From Azolla caroliniana (Eukaryota; Plantae; Polypodiophyta), in NCBI GenBank assembly GCA_043228905.1, contig JBHGNT010000021.1:13144001-13208000 (forward strand): DNA of 64,000 nt, read 5' to 3'. Below, one piece after another: positions 11,613 through 23,211 of this stretch (position 1 is the first letter of the stretch; the number at the start of each line of letters is the position of its first letter). The position numbers were made by a program, and so were the translations under genes. The notes beneath the pieces were generated by a model. It ran no database searches. It was not told where the DNA came from and saw only the letters and a list, made by a program, of their open reading frames with translations.

Positions 11613-13348
11613 GTTCTTCACATCCATCTGGTGCAAATGCCAACCATTCGCTGCAACAACTGCAAGCAAGACATAAACGATCGTCATCTTGACGACCGAC
11701 GTAAACGTGTCATCGTAGTTGATGCCGTGTTGCTGCGCATAGCCCTTCGCAACTAAATGGGCCTTGTATCGGTTGACGGAGCCTTCGGTGTTGTACTTGA
11801 CCTTGTACACCCATGTGTACCTGATCGACATTACTCCCTTTGGAACGTCAACTAGATCCCATGTTTCATTCTCCACGAGAGCGTGCATCTCTTCCTCCAT
11901 AGTGGCATGCTAGTTTATGTCCTTTGCTGCATCTGTGTAGCTCTTCGGCTCACGCAGTTCAACCACCTTCTGGCGGATAGATCAATGCAATTTCTGCTCT
12001 GCCTATTTGATGGCCCTCTTGGCTAACTCCGAACTCTTCTCCGGAGGCCTGTCTTCATGCTTTCCGGAGTCCTATTTGCTCCAACTGGACTCTTCCTTGT
12101 ATGTGCCGCACTTTGGCATCTTTATCTTTCCTTTTTCCTTGCGCATAAGCCGTCTTCTTGGCTTCCGATGTGGGGAGAGCACGATTGAGTCTCCACTACT
12201 CGCCGGGTCATCCTCCTGTTGGTCTTTTTGACTTAGTTCTTCATTCAGCCTGCTCAGTCGGAATGAGATCAAACTCTCTTCTAGAGCCCCAATTTTTTCT
12301 TCGTCCGGAGGCATTTCAACCTCACTATCCTCGTTCTCAAAGATCGGAATGGAGTTGTCAGGGGCAAGTACCAGGACTTCAACTCATCTAACACGACATC
12401 TTGACTAACCTAGACTTGTTTGGTTCAGGGGTTATAACGTTTATAACCCTTCTGCTCGTCCGAGTAGCAGATGAGAATGCACTTCTCGGCTTTCGCATCT
12501 AGATTCCTCTGCTTCTCCTTCAGCACATGCAAATAGGCAATGCTTTTGAACACCCTCAAGTGTCCTAGATTCAGATTCTTCCTTAAATACAACTCATGTG
12601 TTGACACTCCTTTCCTTGCAAATGTCCTATTTTATAGGTAGATGGCTGTCCAGACTGCTTCAGCCCAGTAAAACTTCGACATATGGTCTTCTTCAAGAAT
12701 TGCCCACGCTGCGTTCTATATACAGTCCGGTTCTTCCACTCGGCCACATAGTTCTGTTCTGGTGTGTATTTGCAAGAGAAATCTCGTCGAATTCCTTCCT
12801 TTTGCAGATAACTCTTGAATTGGTTGGAAAAGTACTCCTTTCTACCATCGAACCTTAGGCACTTGATGTTCTTGCCGGTTTCTCGTTCAACAAAACTCTT
12901 CCCCTTCAGGAAATTGGCAAAGACTTCGTTCTTCATTGCGATCAAGCACACACCCAAGTGTGTCGAGTGTAGTCATCGATGAAGGTTACAAAATAACAGC
13001 TTCCTCCGATGCTCACGTTCTATGCCGGTGCTCATACATTCGAATGGATCAAATCAAGTCGATTCCAACTCCGATTTCGCTTGTTTGGGAATGGAAGTCG
13101 ATGCTACTGCTGGTAGGCTTCATAGACTTGGTCGTTCCGGCCACTGAATTTTGGTAATCCGAAGACAATGTTCTTTGTCTACATTTCCCGACGCCGCAGG
13201 AAATTCACATGACCAAACCGTTTGTGCCATAGGTCGATATCCGACTCAACCTTTTGCCCTTTCGTAAACATAGTGTTTCCGACTTCGTTGATGTAGACGA
13301 TGAACATCCTCCTGTCCCGACGCCCTTGTGCAATAACTTAGCCCTCTT
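11613..13348 (-). pseudogene. pol: copia-A1 pol: GAG-pre-integrase, integrase and RT N-terminal part
   Basis: MEEEMHALVENETWDLV...YKAHLVAKGY, LDAKAEKCIL, KYTPEQN. Confidence 0.88.
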
Positions 13349-13770
13349 TGTTGAGCGGAAAAGCTTAACTGGATCTGGATCAGAGTCCAGAAAGAAGAAC
13401 CAGATTGGTGTCCAAATGGTATCTGGAACCAAGAGATGGATCAGAGAGCTGGATCGGATTGTAACTGGTAGGTCGTAAGAGACCTACAAATCTAGCCTAG
13501 TACGTAGGCATATTTTAAGGAGTTAGTGTTAGTCTCTTGTATGAGCATTGAAGTACTTGTCAATCCTTTTAAGAACTTGGATAAAAGTGCTCACAGAGCA
13601 CATTGTATGTACAGAGAGAGTTTTTAGTATTTTGGTATATACACGATTTTATGTGTTCTGCTCTAACTCTGTCTCTCCCGTGTAAGGTTTCCATTAAACT
13701 TGTGTTTGTATTCTTTTGCTATCCGGACAAGCCGGTTTTGTCTTAGCTTCTGCAATCGTATTCTTTTACA
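13349..13770 (+). repeat. 5' LTR of copia-A2
   Basis: TG...CA termini, directly followed by the tRNA-iMet PBS. Confidence 0.9.
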
Positions 13771-15602
13771 TGGTATCAGAGCACGAGGGTTGAGAACCTT
13801 TGCACTCGAAAAGCGTTTTTCTGAAGAGAAACCCTAACACCCGGTAAAGAATAGACAGAAGAAGAATATGGACTGAGGAATGGCTAGCTCACTCTCGACG
13901 GAGAAGCTTGACAAATCCAACTACGCATTGGTCATACAAGATGCACCAATACTTGCTTGGGCATGGCTACTGGAGTTATGTTGATACGACACGTGATGTG
14001 GCACACAGGGACTTCCCGACTTGGGAACAAGCGGCAAGCAGAGTTATGTACTGCTTTGTGTCCATTGTTGGTGATCAGCTGCTGAGCCATATCCAGGACA
14101 CCAAGATGCTGAAGGAAGCTTGGGGAAACCCGAAGAAGGTCTTCACTCTTCACCGCAAGCACAACTGCCCGAAAGCTACAACTCCGACAGGAGTTGAGTA
14201 ATGTCCGACAGAAGGACATGTTGGTGGCCGACTATACGGCCCAAATCAAAGAGATTTGCAACTCACGTGCCTCCATTAATGTGACTGTTGAGGAAGATGT
14301 GATGGTGCAGGTCTGTCTCGGGGGCCTGACGTCAAAGTTCGGAGCATTCCAAACGGCGGTCTGTACAAGGGAGAATGCACCCTCATTTTTCGACTTACAA
14401 TCAATGCTCCTAGTAGAGGAGAACCACATGGGTGCATCGACAACAAGATGTTATACACGGAGGTGGAGAGGCCCTGGGGTCGTAGTGGACGAGGCGGATC
14501 GGCATGTGGTGGAAGTCGCCGACAAGAGAGGAACCAAAGGCACAAGGATGGTGTTGACAACAGTTCTGGATCCTTCATAAGCAGGGGGGTCAAAGAGGCG
14601 TCGGAAACTGGCAAGAGAAGACCATAACAAAATGTTGGTACTGTGGCCAGAAGGGCCACAAAGAGAACGAGTGTTGGAAAAGCGTGCCGATTTGGACAAG
14701 TTCGGATCCAACAAGGCTGGACGGGGAAGCCGGCGAAGCTCACACTACGCGGAAGGACCAGAAGGATCCGGTTTCAGAAATAGTTTAGGCCCAGCCTTTG
14801 TGATGAAACAAAGGGCTAACTCGATGAAGAAAAACACCTCGAAACTGAACGATGTATGGTACATTGATTCCAGAGGTCAAACCATATGAAAAGCCATGCT
14901 AAGTGGTTTTCTTATCTAGTAAAACCGTAACAACTGGGGTGGTCAAAAACCGGAGACGACACTGTGCATACCTTCGAGCACATCGAAGAGGTTCCCCTCA
15001 ACCATGTTAGACAGAAAGCAAAGTTGATGAATGTCCTGCACGTCCCAACAATCACAAAGAATCTTGTGTCAGTCGGACTGTTTGTTGACCAAGGGATGCA
15101 GGTCCGGTTTGCACATCTCGGGTGTTTCATCGAAGAAGAGGGCAAAGTCATCGCGCAAGGGTGTCGAGACGGGAAGATGTTTATCATCGAGACTAATGAC
15201 GTTGGAACCGCTATGTTCGCAAAAGGGCAAAAGGTCGAGTCGGACATCGACCTGTGGCATAAGTGGATCGACCACATCAACTTCCAAAAGCTTTAGGAGT
15301 TGCAGTTGGAATGCGTAGTTTCTGAACTGCTGAAGTTCAGTGGTTGGAAAGGCCAAATTTGTGTAGCGTGCCAGCTCGTGAAGCAACATAGGATTCCATT
15401 GCCCATGTTGAATATGGACTTCTAATGGACGTATTCACATTATCTCCTTTTGTACACACCAGGCTTAGTAGGCTATTTAAGTAAATAGTGAGAAGGGCAG
15501 TTGCCCTAAGCTAGTCTGACTTAGTATATAAACTGACTTTGTAACCTAGTTAGGTGTGGGTCGCTTTAAGTTGTAATATACTTTTGACATTGGGCCTAAC
15601 TA

Positions 15603-15629
15603 TCTCTCTCTCTCTCTCTCTCTCTCTCT
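15603..15629. repeat. (TC)n microsatellite in the copia-B 5' LTR; longer copy at about 20546-20585
   Basis: Direct reading; the length differs between the two LTRs. Confidence 0.9.
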
Positions 15630-16228
15630 TGCGTACTAGTTGGTTTCCTTTTTGTCTTCGCTGTCATCAAAGCTATGGGCTTGCATCCTTCTAAGATCTT
15701 ATCCTAGAAGAGTGTTGATCTTGTTCCGCATTAGATGACGGTATACCCAACATATGGTATTAGAGTGAATGTTTGTTTGATTCCACTGCCGCCATCTATC
15801 TAACCTCCATCAACAACTCTTCTCCTGTACACCTTGAAGATCTCAATTGGCAACTCCTTTGGAAATCACATCCGACGAAGAGAGACAACCCCAATCTGTG
15901 TATCATTCGGCTGAATGACACTGGGGAGGACCGGTTGGCTCCGTCCCTCTCATTGTTGCAGTTACCGGAAACAGGATCGTCCTGAAGTATCACACATAAT
16001 CAGTGTTGAGAAATCCCGAAAAAAATGACATTCGAAATCAAACAATCAAATCTAGGTTCAATTTGACTAAGTCAGTTGACTGTAGTCACTCCGAACATGA
16101 TTCATCTATATTCGAAACCGACACAACTCATGTCCAACTCTAGTTAGAACGAAATCGAGTGAGCCAGGCAGTTGCATTCTACCACCATTCGTAGCTGACT
16201 CTAGACAAAGTCTATTAAACCAACACAG

Positions 16229-19200
16229 ATGGCATCAACATCCGGCTCGTTAGAGATGAGTCTATGGAAGTTCAATGGATCGAACTTCAACTTCTGGAAG
16301 GAGCAGATGCAGGAGTATTTAATAGTCAAGGGGAAAATTGACCCCATTGAGAATGAAGACCCTCCAAAAGGATACAAGCTGCTTGAATGGGAAAAGCTCG
16401 ACAGAATCATCCGAACCACCATTCGGATGCACATATCGGAGTTTGTGTACTTCACGATGCAATCGTGTTCGACTGCCTTCCAACAATGGAAGACACTTAC
16501 GAAAAGAAGGTCGCTGCCACCAAGATATATCTGATTCAGCACCTTTATAACCTTCGGATGAAAGAGTTTGACTCGGTCCAGGCACACCTGAATGAGTACG
16601 AAAGCTTAAGCTCCCAAAATTTGGCCTAGGGGACCATTATCGAGGATGAACTAAAAGCAATGCTGCTCATGAGTAGTCTCCCTCCTTCGTGGGAAACTTT
16701 CGTTACAACCGTGTGCAATGCGTCGACAGCTACTGTCAAGTACCCCTCAGTCACGAGTGCAATTCTGACGGAAGCAGCTCGGAGAAAATCATTTGCTAAC
16801 GATTCAGCCAACAACACTTACGTTGTACAAGGTTCGACCGACTGATCGAACAACCGTGGAAGAATTTCTTCATGGCAGCCGAACAATCAGCGAAGTCGGA
16901 GCAAGTCCCGGGATAATCGAGTCTACAACTACTGCAAGAAAACAGGACATATCAAATCCGATTGCCGTGCACTCAAGGCCAAAAATGATAAGTCTCAGCG
17001 AGGCAAGTAGAAGAGTGGCCGGCACGAGGAGATAAACTATGTCAGCTCTATAGCCAAAGTACTATCAAACGAAGAAGTTCTCCTTACGATTGAAGAATTG
17101 AGCACATGGCTCTTAGACTCGGGTGCATCCTTTCATGTGACTCCTCATCAATCCCAATTCCGGCAATACACGGCCAAACATTCCGACTTAGTACTAGTAG
17201 GAAATACGCAACACTACGACATAATTGGAATCAACACGGTAGAGTTCAACCTTACAGGTGGCTCTACATTAGTACTACGCAATGTTCGACATGTACCTTT
17301 CAAGACCACTGATCTCAGTCGGACAATTGGATGAAGATGACATTCGTGTTGGCTTCTCATTAGGAGGGTGGACGCTCCACAGGGGAAAACTCCTGCTTGC
17401 TCAAGGACTGAAGATACACTCATTGTATCCCTTGCACATCACACTCAGAGAGGGTGACCTATTTCTGGATGACCTCCCCGTGTCATCACTATGGTATGGA
17501 CGACTCAACACCAAAGCAAGGCCGGTGTCATGCACTTATCCAGAGCTGGATACACCCCCAAACTCTCCTTCTCGGATCATCAATTCTGTGAGCATTGCCA
17601 ATACGACAAACAGACGGCCGCGACACACCCATCATCTGCCCCGAGAGAATCGAGTTTGCTCGATTTGTTCCACTCGGATGTCAGTGGTCCCATGCCACAT
17701 TAATCTCTCGGCAATGCTTTGTATTTCGTCAGCTTCATTGACGACTCGACTCGGAAGATGTGGGCTTATCCGATCAGAAAGAAAGATCGAGTGTTCTCGA
17801 TCTTCTCCAATTGGCTCGCTATGTTGGAAAATCAATCTAGCCGAAAACTGAAATGCTTTCGGACTGATAACGGGGAGTGTTCAAATAAGAGGAATTCGTC
17901 AAATTTTGCCGACATCGTGGCATCAAATGTGAATTTACGGCACCCCATAGTCCGGAGTAGAATGGAATTGCCGAGTGAATGAATTGGATAATTCAAGAAA
18001 GGATAGTTTCCATGCTCCAACACTTCGGACTGTCGGATATCTTCTGGGCAGAGGCCCTACTTACGGTAGTACACATAATCAATATGTCACCAAGCAGGCC
18101 TCTAGGACTTCGGATCCCTCAGGATCTATGGACTGGCAGTAAACCGAATAATGACAACGTGAGGATTTTCAGATGCGAGGCATACACCCCATCCCGAAAG
18201 ATGATCGCCGCAAACTTGCACAAAGGTCTAGGAAATGTATTTTGCTCGGTTATGGACCATATGGCGAAATAGGATACCAACACTGGGACCCCGAGCACAG
18301 ACAAATCGTCCGAAGTTCGGACGTCGTGTTCAATGAGTTGGCCATGCATCAATCGGTCGAAAAACCCATCGAAGTCCGAAGGGTAATTTTCTCCGATGTG
18401 CCAACCCTTCACGAAGGCCCAACTCACAACACGTGGTCAGCTTGACGGGAAGCTGAACCCTCTAACACTGACCCGGTAGCGTTAGACTCAGCACAACCAA
18501 ATGACTCGGATTTGGACCATCTGACCTCGACAGCCGATGCGACCAGTTTAGTCATACCTCAACGATCCGAGAGACTGTCACAGCCCCCAAAAAGATACAC
18601 TCCTGATATCTTCCTCACGGACACCAGAGAACCGAAGTCATACGAAGAAGCATCGGCATCAGCTGACTCGGCCACCTGGCATCTACCAATGGAGTCTGAA
18701 ATGAACTCCATTCGTGCAAAACACAGTTGGTCAAATCCCTGAAGGATCAACATGCCCTTCCGTGTAAGTGGGTTTATCGAGTTAAGGAGATGTCCAATTC
18801 GGCCACCCCAAAATTCAAGACCAGATTAGTAGCAAAGGGTTTTCGACAGGAATACGTCGTCGACTTCGATGTAATCTTTTCACCAGTGGTGAAATTGACC
18901 ACCCTTCGCTTTATGCTCGGCGTAGTGGCAACCGAGAATTTGGAGTTGATTCAGCTAGATGTCAAAACGGCTTTCCTCCACGGTGATCTTGAGGAGGAAA
19001 TTTATATGGAACAGCCAAAAGGCTTCGTGGTATCTGGTCAAGAACATCTAGTCTGCCGACTCAGGAAGAGTCTTTACGACCTGAAACAGGCGCCACGATA
19101 GTGATACAAGAAGTTCATCGACTTCATCCAATTGATCGGCTTCTCAAAGAGCGATGAGGACCACTGCCTCTTCACGAAAACAGCTCAGGATGGATCACCC

Positions 19201-20151
19201 ATCTTACTCATCATCTATGTGGACGACATGCTCATCTCCGGTCGCCATGACGGAGAACTCACCGAACTTGTTCTGCAACTACAGTTAAAGTTTACCATGA
19301 AGGACCTCCGGCACGACACATCCTTGGTACGAAAAATAGTCGGAATCGAAATCAAAGACAATTGTTTCTGTCTCAATCCGACTCCATCAGCTTTGTCCTA
19401 GAATGCTTCAACATGCAATCGGCGAAATGTGCCTCAACCCCACTCCCTATAAGCACTCGGTTGTCTCAGCGTGATTGTCCAACATCCGGTCTAGAGGCGG
19501 AAACTATGAGATCAGTACCGTATGCACCGTATCGCTCATGCTATTGGAGTCGTCAGTAGATTTATGCACAATCTTGGCCGATCGCATTGGAACGCAGTCA
19601 AGCATGTGTTTAGATATGTAGTGGGCACAAAAGACCTTGGTATTCTATTCGGCCCAAACGACATCTTAGGCATAGTCGGATATACCGACTTGGACTTTGC
19701 AGGTTGCATAGAGAACCGTAAAGTGACAATTGGATATTGCTTTAAACTCCGCAATGGAGCGATCTTGTGGAAATCGAAACTTCAGGAGTGCACCACCACA
19801 TCAACGACCAAGGCCGAATATGTAGCCGTGTCCGATGCGGCAAAAGAGGCCTTATGGCTCAGTCGGCTGGCCTGCACATTTTGATAAGCCAAAATCGGCT
19901 CGGCTCCAATTGTTTATAGTCATAGTCAGGGTGTTGTTGCTTTGTCGAAAAATCCGGTTCATCACAACGCCTCCAAGCATATCCATGTTCGATATCATTT
20001 CGTTCAGGACTATATCATTTCAGGGAAAATCGGCCTTGAGAAGGTACCTACATCCGATAACATTGCAGATGCAATGACTAAGTGTCTCCTGGCGGATCGA
20101 TTTCGATCCCTTCAACATCGAATGGGTGTAATGAAGAATCAGTCTGATTAA
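16229..20151 (+). pseudogene. gag-pol: copia-B gag-pol polyprotein, fragmented
   Basis: FNGSNFNFWK, degenerate zinc knuckle at about 16920, WLLDSGASFH, HSDVSGP, QLDVKTAFLHGDL, YVDDML, YTDLDFAG, KHIHVRYHF. Confidence 0.92.
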
Positions 20152-20543
20152 ATCGAACAGTCAGGACGTTTCTCGGACAATAGACCTGGATAGTTCAAAC
20201 TTCGGCTTTATTCTCTCTGAACTCGGTCAATCCGGCCTTTTGCTCTTCGGACTTCACCGACTCAAATGAATTCTCGATTGTTCGTAAACCTTGTATCAAT
20301 TTGTATTGTACATTCATTTCGGTCTATAGATTTTAGATGTATACTCCCATTACGGGGGAGTGTTGAATACGGGCTTCTAATGGACGTATTCACATTATCT
20401 CCTTTTTTATACACCAAGCTTAGGCTATTGATGTAAATATTGAGAAGGGCAGTTGCCCTAAGCTAGTCAGTATATAAACTGACTTTGTAACCTAGTTAGG
20501 TGTGGGTCACTTTAAGTTGTAATATACTTTTGACATTGTGCCT

Positions 20544-20587
<44 letters not shown>

Positions 20588-23159
20588 CGTACAAATTGGT
20601 TTCCTTTCTGTCTTCGCTGTCATCAAAGCAATGGGCTTGCATCCTTCTATGATCTTATCCTAGAAGAGTGTTGATCTTGTTCCGCATTTGATGATGGTGT
20701 ACCCAACACCCCAATGAGACGAATCAGAGCCGACATCGTCTTGATCTCATCCACTCGGATGTGTGGGGACCGACAAAAAAAGCAAGTAGCGGTGGGAGTC
20801 AGTATTTCGTCTCCTTCATTGACGATTTCACTTGGCACACTTGGATCTATCTAATCAAGATGAAAAGAGAAGTCTTCCCGTGCTTCCAGGATTTGAAGAA
20901 CCTTGTCGAACACGAGACCAGAAGGAAGATCGAGTGTCTGAGATCAGATAGCAGAAAAGAGTACTTTTCTGGCCAGTTCACGAGCTATCTGCAAACAAAG
21001 GGAATCCGACGGGAATTCTCTTGCAGATACACGCCGGAGCAGAACGGTGTGGCCGAGTGTTGGAACAGGACACTGGTAAAAGCGGCAAGGGTGATGCTTG
21101 AGGATGAAAGCGTGCCCAAATTTTATTGGGCCGAACCAATTCAGACAACCGTCTACATCCAAAATCGGATATCTGCTTCTGGGACAAAGGTGTCGCCACA
21201 TGAACTCTATTTCGAGTGGAAGCCGAATTTGGCACACCTTTGGGTGTTCGGTAGCATTGCATATGTGCATGTACTGAAGGAAAAATAGAGGAAGTTAGAT
21301 GCTGTAAAAAGAATAGCGTGCGGAAGCAATAGAAAACCGAAATCAGAAACGTAGGTTTAATGGAGAGCTTGAATATACACAATACGTGGGAGAGAGAGAG
21401 AGAGAGAGAGAATGCACACAAGCTCAATTAAAAAATATTACCTAATCTGTACATACACCGTGCTTAGTGAGCACCTTTTATACATGCCCTAACAGTCGGG
21501 CTGACACAAGTATTGACAGTACTTGACGTTCATAAATGAGCCACTACACTCATTCCCAAAATTATTCCTTTTGAGGAATATCTCTCTAACGGCCTCGCGG
21601 TGCTCGCATCGTTACGACCATGTAGTGCGTAATGATTTATGCACTACTGGGTTACGCACCGTGTTGTGCACCCAATGTTGAGCTTGTCACTCGACACTCC
21701 CCCTCAAGCTCAACTTGAGGTTCTGTCTACTCTTCCGGATCTATGCTCCGGTTCCTTTGGGCTTCACGCCTTGCTCGCGCTCCTCGACCCGTTCGATTCT
21801 GCGCGCTTCGACCCTTCCGGTCGGCTTGTCTGCTCATTCGGTCCTTCTCAGCTCCCTTGCTGTTGCGGTGTTGGCGCAGCCTTCGCTGCCCTTTCCTCCG
21901 CATGGCCTTCAGTTGATTCGGCGTATCCGAATCAAACATTCCAATTGAATCGAACACTTCCTATTCAATTCCGCTCTCATCCGAATTGGCTGGTTCCAAT
22001 TCGTCTCCTGTCTTTAGGCCTTTGACTACATCAGACCACATCTTGGTCTTGGCCTTTACACCCTTCTTGGTTATATCTCCCCCTAATTCAGCTATCCTTG
22101 GCTCTTCCCTACGGTTATGGCCCTTGCTCTTTTCTTCGGCTTTTTTAGCCGGCCCAATATCGAATTCTTCATCCGATTTAGCGTCACGATCACCTCCGCC
22201 GCGATGAACACCTCCGCTCCTTTCATGCTCTTGTTCTTGTTTTTCCTTTCTCCCCCTCAAGTTCGGCGTGCTGAGGTGACGGAACCCAAGCTCACCCGAG
22301 AAATGCCACAACTTGTCTAGACCAGGAGGTTTGGTGAAGATGTCGGCAATCTGCCGACCCGTCGGAACATACACTAATTCGACTTCACCGGAAAGGATCC
22401 GCTCACGAACAAAATGGTAATGCACCTCAATGTGCTTGGTCCGGGCGTGGAATACAGGGTTTTTCGCAAGGTGGATACTGTTGAGGTTGTCGCAATAGAT
22501 CGTTGTCGGATTAGACACCTCTACATGCAGATCTCGTAATAGCCATTTCAGCCAGATGACGTTGCATGTAGCGACAGTCGCCCTCGATATTCGGCCTCTG
22601 TACTCGACAGTGCTACTGTCGATTGCTTTTTGCAGCTCCACGTGATCGCCGCTCTTCCTAGTGACAATGTGTATCCCGATGTGATCTATGATCACTGTTA
22701 TTGCTAGGGCCAGACAACAGACTAACACAGGGTGTCCACTTAAGACACGTCACCAAAGGGTGGTACGGTAGAATGACTTACGACACAACGCTTACTTAGA
22801 CCTTAATCGATTAATTAGCCATCCGTAATTAACACACGTAAGATATAACAATGAATACAGAACGGTAATCAACACCGGAAGATTAAGACAATAAGCTTTA
22901 TTAGTTATCCACTCCTGATTACATTGTAACCAGGCCTTTATATAGGTCTCCGGTGCGAAATACAAAATGGTGCCAATCGGCACCTTTACGGAATCGTTCC
23001 GGATCCGGATCGGCATACCGATTCCGGTCCGTCCGTCCACATCTTCTTATATAATAATATGTATATATTAAGACTACTAATTACAACAGTTCCCGAATAA
23101 CTATTCCTTTCACACTCTGGTTTGGACCTCCTTAAGCCTTCTTGCCGGCTGGTAACACA

Positions 23160-23203
23160 TGACACGCCCGTGGGACAATACCTTGTACGTCGAACCCACT
23201 ATC
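23160..23203 (-). other. tRNA-Arg 3'-end-like sequence at the PPT position
   Basis: GATAGTGGGTTCGA-[13 nt]-GTCCCACGGGCGTGTCA, then TG, then the LTR; no purine tract. Confidence 0.7.
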
Positions 23204-23211
23204 CGGCCCTT

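Larger units (their letters stand above)
2622..13348 (-). mobile_element. Ty1/copia family A, copy 1 (3' LTR, RH, RT, IN), split by gypsy T1; probably continues at 56668-57010
   Basis: 3' LTR 2622-3090 with PPT beside it; RH (TKHIEVHYHF); RT (MKDLGDLHYFLGIEV, QMDVKNA) resumes seamlessly across the T1 insertion; IN (IKCLRFD..KEY, TPEQN). Confidence 0.9.
15406..20708 (+). mobile_element. Full-length degenerate Ty1/copia family B (Tnt1/Tork/TAR-like)
   Basis: LTRs 15406-15752 and 20361-20708; PBS TGGTATTAGAG at 15755; PPT GGGGGAG at 20354-20360; TSD gCCCA/cCCCA. Confidence 0.94.
13349..21302 (+). mobile_element. copia-A copy 2 (5' LTR 13349-13770, PBS, gag, PR, IN), 3' end missing; hosts copia-B
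   Basis: TGTTGAG...TTTACA followed by TGGTATCAGAGC (13771-13782); gag WSYKMHQYLLGHGYW; WYIDS protease; IN at 20761-21288 resumes after copia-B. Confidence 0.9.
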
